DNA from: Candidatus Omnitrophota bacterium
GTDB lineage: Bacteria; Omnitrophota; Gorgyraeia; Duberdicusellales; Duberdicusellaceae
Assembly: GCA_016932855.1 (NCBI GenBank)
Contig: JAFGCB010000016.1
Coordinates: 554-64,553, forward strand
DNA: 64,000 nt
Direction of reading: 5' to 3'
This document shows, piece by piece, positions 57,629 through 64,000 of this stretch (the first letter of the stretch is position 1; the number at the start of each line of letters is the position of its first letter). Position numbers and translations under genes: made by a program. The notes below the pieces were generated by a model, which did not search any database, was not told the DNA's origin, and saw only the letters and a list, made by a program, of their open reading frames with translations.

Positions 57629-58342
57629 TTAAACCTCAATAATCTCACCGACATTTACGCTGATAAAATCTTTCCTATATTTATTCTTAAATATTTCTTG
57701 AGCTTCATATCCGCTACAATGGGTTGGAGCTGTTTTTTCCACGCCAAGTCTTATGAATTCATCAACAATAAGTTCAACTTCTCTTTTATCTTTATCCACA
57801 AGGTGAAATCCCCCCAGAACCGTATAAATACTTTCTTTTGGAAAATTCCCTTTTACTGTCTTTAATATTTTGACAATGCCCGGATGGGCACAACCGGTAA
57901 TAATAGAAACTCCTTTATCAGTTTTAACTACCAACGCCTCCTCAGGCATATATTCGCCTTTATATTTACCTTCTATTTCACCGCTGACAAAAATATCTTT
58001 TGCAATTTCAGTAACTTTTTTTGCTTCTATAAGCTTGCCTTTTAATCTTTTAACTTTTTCCTTAAATTCCAAACTGAAATTAGGACATCCATAAACCAAA
58101 AGACCCTCTTTCTTTCTTAATAATTCCCATAGACCTCCGGTATGATCCCAGTGATCATGAGAAATAACCACAGCCTCTATACTAGCGCTATCAGCATTTA
58201 AAATCCTCATATTCTCCAAAAGCCAAAAGCCGTTTTCTCCTGTATCAAACAATATCTTTCCATCAACCAAGAACGAAACTCCCCAACCTACATGCAGCTT
58301 CTTGTTTTTATTATCCTTGTCAAAAAGAATCTTCACCTTCAT
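57629..58342 (-). CDS. Metallo-beta-lactamase-fold hydrolase
   Basis: LFDTG, SHDHWDHTGG, TGCAHPG, GGFHL, HCSG. Confidence 0.92.
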   Translation of the reverse strand: MKVKILFDKDNKNKKLHVGWGVSFLVDGKILFDTGENGFWLLENMRILNADSASIEAVVISHDHWDHTGGLWELLRKKEGLLVYGCPNFSLEFKEKVKRLKGKLIEAKKVTEIAKDIFVSGEIEGKYKGEYMPEEALVVKTDKGVSIITGCAHPGIVKILKTVKGNFPKESIYTVLGGFHLVDKDKREVELIVDEFIRLGVEKTAPTHCSGYEAQEIFKNKYRKDFISVNVGEIIEV

Positions 58343-58354
58343 CTTAGAACCTCT

Positions 58355-58771
58355 CTATATTCTTCCATCCCTATTTTTAAGCAAAGTGGCTATTGTAGTT
58401 TCAGCAAGGACCCTATGTAGTCTTTTTTTAATATCTTTCATATGGGCCATTAGCACGCAGTCATCAGGATAGGGACAAATATCTTTTTCCAGCAAACAAT
58501 CCATAATATCTATTCTACCCCTAAATATCTTTATTATATCTATAAGACGCAACTTAGAAGCGGGCGTATTCAAAACAAAACCCCCGCCTTTACCTTTTAA
58601 AGATTTCAATATCTTTTTTTTGCTTAAAATCTGTAAAATTCTTCTCAAAAAAGCCCTACGCATTTTCAATTTATTGACCACCTCGCTCACAGAAGTATTC
58701 TTATACGGCCTTTGCGCAATATACAACAGAGACCTTATTGCGTAATAGATATTTTTATTTATTAACCTCAC
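58355..58771 (-). CDS. Rrf2-family transcriptional regulator with three Cys
   Basis: YAIRSL, FLRRILQ.L, S.KGKGGGF.L, C......C.....C. Confidence 0.9.
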   Translation of the reverse strand: MRLINKNIYYAIRSLLYIAQRPYKNTSVSEVVNKLKMRRAFLRRILQILSKKKILKSLKGKGGGFVLNTPASKLRLIDIIKIFRGRIDIMDCLLEKDICPYPDDCVLMAHMKDIKKRLHRVLAETTIATLLKNRDGRI

Positions 58772-59264
58772 TATATCTCTGTATTTTTTCTATTATTTTT
58801 CTGTGAGATGAAAATGGTATAACAGGCAACTCTTTCTTGTTGAAAAATTTAGCATCTCTCAATTCACTGTTTAATGATAGGTAATCTTTGGAAATTTTAA
58901 CCATATATCCAATAACGAGAACTGAACCATATTCTCTTGTTTTTTGAATATAAACACCGATTAATCTTTCAATCTTGCCTCTTAGGCCTGTTTCCTCTTT
59001 TAGCTCTCTTAAACAAGCGCTCTCAGGCGCCTCACCGAATTCAACAAACCCACCGGGTAAAGACCACTTATTTATACCCGGTTTGAGATTTCTCTTTACT
59101 ATAAGAACTTCTCCTTGTTTATTCTCTACCAAAGATACCGCCACTGGCAAAGGATTTTTATAATATACCCAACCACACTTTTGACAAATCAACCTTTTTC
59201 GACCATCTATCGTTTTTTTGAGTAAATAATGCCTGCATAAAGGACAAAATTTAAATGTGCGCAC
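58755..59264 (-). CDS. NUDIX hydrolase with N-terminal zinc ribbon
   Basis: FCPLC..CQKCGWVYYKNP, PGGFVE.GE......RELKEETG. Confidence 0.92.
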   Translation of the reverse strand: MRTFKFCPLCRHYLLKKTIDGRKRLICQKCGWVYYKNPLPVAVSLVENKQGEVLIVKRNLKPGINKWSLPGGFVEFGEAPESACLRELKEETGLRGKIERLIGVYIQKTREYGSVLVIGYMVKISKDYLSLNSELRDAKFFNKKELPVIPFSSHRKIIEKIQRYSEVNK

Positions 59265-59289
59265 TGTTATTTCTTCCTTACCCCTATTT

Positions 59290-59835
59290 CTACAATCCCA
59301 ACTTACCGCTTATTTCTCGCATCGCATCCAAGCATATAGCAACAAAATCTTCGGGCGATAGACCGAATTCCTGACAAGCTTCTATCTGCTGCCGATTTAC
59401 TCCCCGGGCAAAACTTTTCTCTTTAAAGCGATTTAAGACAAATTCTGTATTTAAAGCTTCTAGTTTTTTCTGCGGGTGCATTAAACAAGCAGCAACAATC
59501 AAGCCTGTTAAAGGGTCAACGCTGTATAACGCCTTCGCCATTAAGGTCTTTCTTTCAATGTGTCCGGGATGGCCTTTTATTGCTTCTAGGATTTGACTAT
59601 CTATATCTTCTTTCTCCAAAATTTCGGCGGTAACGAACCCGTGTCTTGGAAAATCATCTTTGGTATCCTCATAATCCATATCGTGGAGAAGGCCGGCTAA
59701 CCCCCAAAATTCTATATCTTCTCCAAATTCCTTAGCCAGTCGCTTCATACAGGCCTCAACCGCTAAACTGTGCTTTACCAGATTTTTATTCTTAAGTTTC
59801 GATTTGAGACGTTCTATAGCTTCGGATCTGTTCAT
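59290..59835 (-). CDS. HD-domain hydrolase
   Basis: KHSLAVE, GLLHDMDYE, HG, H, D.LTGLI.A, FARGVNR. Confidence 0.9.
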   Translation of the reverse strand: MNRSEAIERLKSKLKNKNLVKHSLAVEACMKRLAKEFGEDIEFWGLAGLLHDMDYEDTKDDFPRHGFVTAEILEKEDIDSQILEAIKGHPGHIERKTLMAKALYSVDPLTGLIVAACLMHPQKKLEALNTEFVLNRFKEKSFARGVNRQQIEACQEFGLSPEDFVAICLDAMREISGKLGL

Positions 59836-59934
59836 GTTTGAATTGTCCTTATTTGAACTAATCTTTAAGACATTTTCTGCCCAAGGATGTAAACAGCCTG
59901 AAATTTAAACTAGGCCTTTATTTAATTTACATCC

Positions 59935-60279
59935 CTAAGCCTTAAATACTTCGTCCAATATATCGGTTATCTGTTTTCTATTCTGAATACTGCTTGTTGC
60001 CTTAACGACTTTCCCATTTTTGAAATAAACAGTAAAAGGTAAACCCATAAAGAAAGAGCATTCCGGCAAGTCCCTGATAAAAGAAGCGGCCGGAATATCA
60101 AAATCCATGTCTCTAAACTGAATATGCGGATATTCCACCTCCAATTTCTGCATGATACCAAAAACGGGAATGCACATCTGTCCCATTCTCCCGCAACAAA
60201 TCATGACATTCTCATTGGTTTTAAGTAACTCCTCAATTTGCTCACGACTCTCTATGTGCTTAAGATTCGTATTTAACAT
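59935..60279 (-). CDS. Thioredoxin-fold protein (Cx6C)
   Basis: CCGRMGQMCIP, GLPFTVYFKNGKVV. Confidence 0.8.
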   Translation of the reverse strand: MLNTNLKHIESREQIEELLKTNENVMICCGRMGQMCIPVFGIMQKLEVEYPHIQFRDMDFDIPAASFIRDLPECSFFMGLPFTVYFKNGKVVKATSSIQNRKQITDILDEVFKA

Positions 60280-60507
60280 TGCCGCACCCCCTATTGTTTT
60301 TTAAGCTGTTTGAAAAACTCGCGAGGATTTTCATGCAGGCCAAGTATTGTATATAGAATTTTTATCGAAAAAGTCCTTTTCCTCGATTTCTACCTCTTTC
60401 CCTATATCAACCAAAACCGCCTGCCCTTCTAAAAATACCTCTGTCTATAAAAGATAAGACTGAACTTTCGGAAAAACGTATATCACTCTTTGATGGACTA
60501 AAACTAA

Positions 60508-60576
60508 TTATCCCCGAAGATTAAAATCTATACAAGCTCCACAACCTTTACATCTATCACCATCAATCCAAGGCAT
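60508..60576 (-). pseudogene. Truncated 4Fe-4S ferredoxin remnant
   Basis: MPWIDGDRCKGCGACIDFNLRG*, starting immediately after the upstream TAA; fourth Cys (CP) and second cluster are missing. Confidence 0.6.
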
Positions 60577-61140
60577 TTAGCATTTCCTAAAATTTAATAT
60601 ATGACCTTCATTGTAATATTCATCGTGCAGGAGCCTTTTTGAAAATTTATGCTGGAGAATAAAACCTGTCTCCTCTACCTCCTCTATGATCCTATCTAAA
60701 TCAATGTTAGCCAACTCCATCAAAGGGTGATCTTTTTTATAATGCTTAGGATAAACCGAGAAAAGACCTTCTCTCTTTAACGCTCTATAAACCTCACTGT
60801 AAACTGCTTTCCTTTCTTTTCTATTTCCGTAATGAATAACATCATAACACAAAACTACATCAACAGATTCGTCATCTAAGGGGACTTTTGAGCTTTCGCT
60901 TATTACCTCAATATTTTTTATTTTTTCTTGTTGTATTAACCTCTTCAACTTATCCAATACGCCCCTATCATTATCTAAGGCATATACTTTCCCATCTCTG
61001 CCCACTGCTTTTGAGGCGGGAATCGTATAATGCCCCTTGCCTGAACCAAAATCTAATACAACCTGGCCCTTTTTAAGGCCAATTTCCTGTAAAAACTTTA
61101 CTCCATCCAGCTCTATCCACTCCTTAACATCTTCTTTCAT
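60577..61140 (-). CDS. Class I SAM-dependent methyltransferase
   Basis: VLDFGSGKG, VYALD, SVDVVL..DVIH. Confidence 0.88.
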   Translation of the reverse strand: MKEDVKEWIELDGVKFLQEIGLKKGQVVLDFGSGKGHYTIPASKAVGRDGKVYALDNDRGVLDKLKRLIQQEKIKNIEVISESSKVPLDDESVDVVLCYDVIHYGNRKERKAVYSEVYRALKREGLFSVYPKHYKKDHPLMELANIDLDRIIEEVEETGFILQHKFSKRLLHDEYYNEGHILNFRKC

Positions 61141-61172
61141 CTCAACAAAGCTCTTTAAAAACCAGCTCTGGA

Positions 61173-61330
61173 ATGAAGCTCCGCAGGCTAAAGCCTGCGG
61201 TTGCGCTTCGCTTTCGCTCGCGGAACCATCCCAAGCGTAGTCGAAGGATGGCTTGCCGTATTTAGCTTCTTGCGGAGCGGAATCCCGTACCTGCTTTGCA
61301 TCCCCGGCTTAAAAGCCGGGGCTTTACCGC
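61173..61330. mobile_element. Non-autonomous IS200/IS605/REP-like element with two terminal hairpins
   Basis: ccgcaggct-aa-agcctgcgg (61181-61200) and ccccggctt-aa-aagccgggg (61302-61321); internal ccatcc..ggatgg. Confidence 0.6.
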
Positions 61331-61343
61331 GCGGGATAAAAAT

Positions 61344-62696
61344 TTATTTGCTATACAGCTTTTCAAAGGCTCTTTCAGCCGCTAAAGCTATTGGTTCTTT
61401 GCCGGGGTCTGGAGACAGCTCTGGTTGACCAGCGCATCTGAAAGTAGCCAAATCCAAAGCCTTTAAGCCGCAACGTATTGCCAAGGCAATTACATCAATA
61501 TATTTTACCGGACATTCAGCATCACTGACTATCTGCCCACCTATTAATCGTTGATCTGTTTTATCAAATATGAGTTTCACAATATAGGGCTTTCGCTCCC
61601 GCATCATAGAATGTTTGCTGGTAGACTCTTGCCTTACTGCAACCACCTCAATACCTTCTTTTTCAGCCTTTGATTCGGTGATGCCCGCTCCGGCAATAGA
61701 TTTATCGAAGAATTTGGTAGAAAAACTATTAATTAAAGGCGGAAACTTTACCTGGAAGCCTAAAATATTCTTGGCTATAACTCTGCCGGAAATCACAGCA
61801 TTCGGACGCAACTGACCAAGCGTCGGTTTACCGGTAATATGACTTTGATATTCTATAAGATCTCCTCCTGCGTATATATCGGGATCCGAAGTCTGTAAAT
61901 ATCCGTTAACCTTTAAGCCAAGCTTGCCCAGCTTTAATCCGGCATGTTTAGCTAATTCAACATTACAGCGGGCACCTACAGAGATAATAACCATCCTTGC
62001 ATTTATCTCTTCACCCGAAGCTAAAGTTACGCTTTCCACGCTATCCTTTCCATTAATCGCTGTTGCTTTCTGATTTAACTGCAGTTGTACTCCTTTCTCC
62101 TTCATGTAAACCTGCACTTCTTCGGCCATATCCGGATCTAAAATACTTGGCATAATATGTCCAAACATTTCAACAACTGCAACTTTTAATCCCTGACGGG
62201 AAAGCAGATAGGCCTTTTCAACTCCTATTGCTCCAGCGCCCAAAAGAACAACATTCCTTACCCGTCGGGAATTTAACCAATGAAGAATATCAACTGCGTC
62301 ACCGCTTGTGCGAAGAGTAAATACCCCGGATAAATCAACTCCTGAAACATTAGGCATGACGGGCTTGGCGCCAGTCGCTAAAACGAGCTTGTCATAGGGA
62401 TAGGTATTTCCGTCAGCTGTCTTAACTATTTTTATTTCTCTATTTATTTCTACTGCTGCTACACTTACCAGTTTTATTCCCTTTTCCGTAAATATGTTAT
62501 CGTCCTTATAGGAAGAATCAACCATCACGTCGCCACAACAGATATAAGGAGTCGCGCATCTTGTCAATAAACCTTTTTCGTTAGGTTCCCGGATTATAGT
62601 TACTTCAAGAGAAGATTTCAGCTTTTTTAGCGTCAAAGCGGCTAATGCGCCGCATCCGGAACATCCAATAACAACTACTCTTCTTACCTGATGCAC
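61344..62696 (-). CDS. CoA-disulfide reductase / NADH oxidase-family flavoprotein
   Basis: VIGCSGCG, RCATPY (redox Cys), LATGA, GAGAIG.E, YAGGD, LIGGQI, dimerisation domain. Confidence 0.9.
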   Translation of the reverse strand: MHQVRRVVVIGCSGCGALAALTLKKLKSSLEVTIIREPNEKGLLTRCATPYICCGDVMVDSSYKDDNIFTEKGIKLVSVAAVEINREIKIVKTADGNTYPYDKLVLATGAKPVMPNVSGVDLSGVFTLRTSGDAVDILHWLNSRRVRNVVLLGAGAIGVEKAYLLSRQGLKVAVVEMFGHIMPSILDPDMAEEVQVYMKEKGVQLQLNQKATAINGKDSVESVTLASGEEINARMVIISVGARCNVELAKHAGLKLGKLGLKVNGYLQTSDPDIYAGGDLIEYQSHITGKPTLGQLRPNAVISGRVIAKNILGFQVKFPPLINSFSTKFFDKSIAGAGITESKAEKEGIEVVAVRQESTSKHSMMRERKPYIVKLIFDKTDQRLIGGQIVSDAECPVKYIDVIALAIRCGLKALDLATFRCAGQPELSPDPGKEPIALAAERAFEKLYSK

Positions 62697-62714
62697 TTCG
62701 TTCTCCTAACTTTA

Positions 62715-62981
62715 TTATCTTTTACAAACACCGTCATCTGAGCATGGCGGCTTATCGCAACGTTCGGCTCTGCCACAGCAGGTTCTGTCTGAAGAACTAT
62801 TATATTTGTAGTCTGTTGCATAAAAGCCTTTTCCTTTAAAAATCACTCCCACCCCCGCACTGATAAGCCTTTTGACTTCTTTGCCGCAGTGGGGACATTC
62901 CTTAAGGGGCTCTTCGCTCATTCTTTGAGATTTCTCGAATTTATAACCGCAAAATTCGCACAGATATTCGTATATCGGCAT
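62715..62981 (-). CDS. FmdB-family zinc-ribbon protein
   Basis: MPIYEYLCEFCG..CPHCG..RLIS..FKGKGFYATDY; Cys-rich tail. Confidence 0.9.
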   Translation of the reverse strand: MPIYEYLCEFCGYKFEKSQRMSEEPLKECPHCGKEVKRLISAGVGVIFKGKGFYATDYKYNSSSDRTCCGRAERCDKPPCSDDGVCKR

Positions 62982-62984
62982 CTT

Positions 62985-63461
62985 CTACCTCAGCGCTTTT
63001 ACTTTAAATTTCAACGACTGCCAAAATGACAAATAATCAACAATCAGTTTCCCGCAAAGATGATCTATTTCATGCTGAAGAACCCTGGCAAAAAGACCCT
63101 TTGCTTTAATTTCAACAGCTTGACCTTCCTCATTCAAGCCTTTTATAATCGCTTCATAAGGCCTGACTATATCAACCCCCAAACCAGGCACGCTTAAGCA
63201 TCTTTCTTCCATGACATCTGCACCTTTTACCCTAAGAATTTGGGGATTAGCTAACTTTGTAATTCTTCCTTCAACTTCTACCACAATCATTTTTCTAAGA
63301 ATGCCGACTTGGGGTGCTGCTAAGCCTATGCCGGAAAAATACTTCATGGCAAAAAGCATCTGCTCAAAAAGAGTTTTTTCTCTTTGAGTTACTCTACTTA
63401 AAGAGACGCACTTTTTGCGTAATATTTTTTGAGGGTATTTTTTTATTTCTAAAAGTTGCAC
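62985..63461 (-). CDS. def: Peptide deformylase
   Basis: GIGLAAPQ, ERCLS (variant of EGCLS), QHEIDHL. Confidence 0.9.
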   Translation of the reverse strand: MQLLEIKKYPQKILRKKCVSLSRVTQREKTLFEQMLFAMKYFSGIGLAAPQVGILRKMIVVEVEGRITKLANPQILRVKGADVMEERCLSVPGLGVDIVRPYEAIIKGLNEEGQAVEIKAKGLFARVLQHEIDHLCGKLIVDYLSFWQSLKFKVKALR

Positions 63462-64000
63462 TTTTCTTCAAATTATAAATAAGCGCTATATCCGCCAATT
63501 TTGCCCTGGTTTCCTTAGCCACAACTCCACACTTGACCATAAAGAAAAAGAAAATAGGCCTTTTTTCGTTTGACAATGATTCAAAATTACCCTGTCCCTT
63601 GCTAATAATAACATCCGCCTTGCGATAGATTCTTTTAAAATCATTGCTGCATAACCTTAATATTGTACCCGGGGCATCAGAACCATTTGATAAAACTTTA
63701 GCAAACTTATCAATGCCGCAATATTTAGCGTCTTCAAATAAAGCGTCATTAATAATAGGCTTATTTTTTACCGCGAAATAAATTGTTTTTTCGGGATACA
63801 TCGTTTTTATTTCTTCTATCAAAATCCTATCAAAAACAACTTCTCCTGCGTTATCTGCTAGATAAAGAACCGTCTTGGCCATCTTTAATGCCTTTTTAAA
63901 TTCCTGATAATGAAACAAAGTTCTTTTACGGGCGTATTCTTCCTCTTTCAAAAGAATCCTGTTTAACTCAAGATTCACATTTAAATTATTCTTTACTCCA
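63394..64000 (-). CDS. DUF89/ARMT1-family metal-dependent phosphatase (3' part)
   Basis: YLADNAGE..FD, PIINDA, ISKGQGNFESL, VKC; frame open to the window edge. Confidence 0.9.
   Translation of the reverse strand, partial: GVKNNLNVNLELNRILLKEEEYARKRTLFHYQEFKKALKMAKTVLYLADNAGEVVFDRILIEEIKTMYPEKTIYFAVKNKPIINDALFEDAKYCGIDKFAKVLSNGSDAPGTILRLCSNDFKRIYRKADVIISKGQGNFESLSNEKRPIFFFFMVKCGVVAKETRAKLADIALIYNLKKSATFRNKKIPSKNITQKVRLFK

Noticed and set aside
11947-61330. CRISPR array
   Set aside because: Units are 7-9 nt without unique spacers; no cas genes

Overview
Bacterial chromosomal window from an anaerobe with an outer membrane. Gene content and style suggest Omnitrophota (PVC), but that is inference. 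Almost all genes are on the minus strand. In coordinate order: (1) the 5' part of a large secreted tail-fibre-like protein, preceded by a structured ~240-nt leader ending in a terminator; (2) a MerR-HTH / GspL(PilMN)-like / GspM-C(PilOP)-like / 1312-aa TPR-secretin operon; (3) housekeeping genes (UvrD-nuclease fusion, rpmB, recJ, argS, rsfS, M16 peptidase, trpABFCDG without trpE, murA, prmC, prfA, rpmE, rho, coaE, glgA, polA); (4) a Wood-Ljungdahl cluster transcribed metF-acsA/cooS-cooF-FNOR-acsB-acsC-acsV-acsD-acsE, followed by HPS-RraA and a truncated Pta-like gene; (5) an oppositely oriented, Tat-less group-1 [NiFe] hydrogenase operon ending in metV; (6) an AT-richer redox/metal accessory region with gene remnants. 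The most unusual non-coding feature is that about 20 intergenic spacers hold 7-, 8- or 9-nt-periodic inverted repeats. They form several dispersed families, abut stop codons and nest inside one another. No rRNA, tRNA, CRISPR array or transposase was seen.
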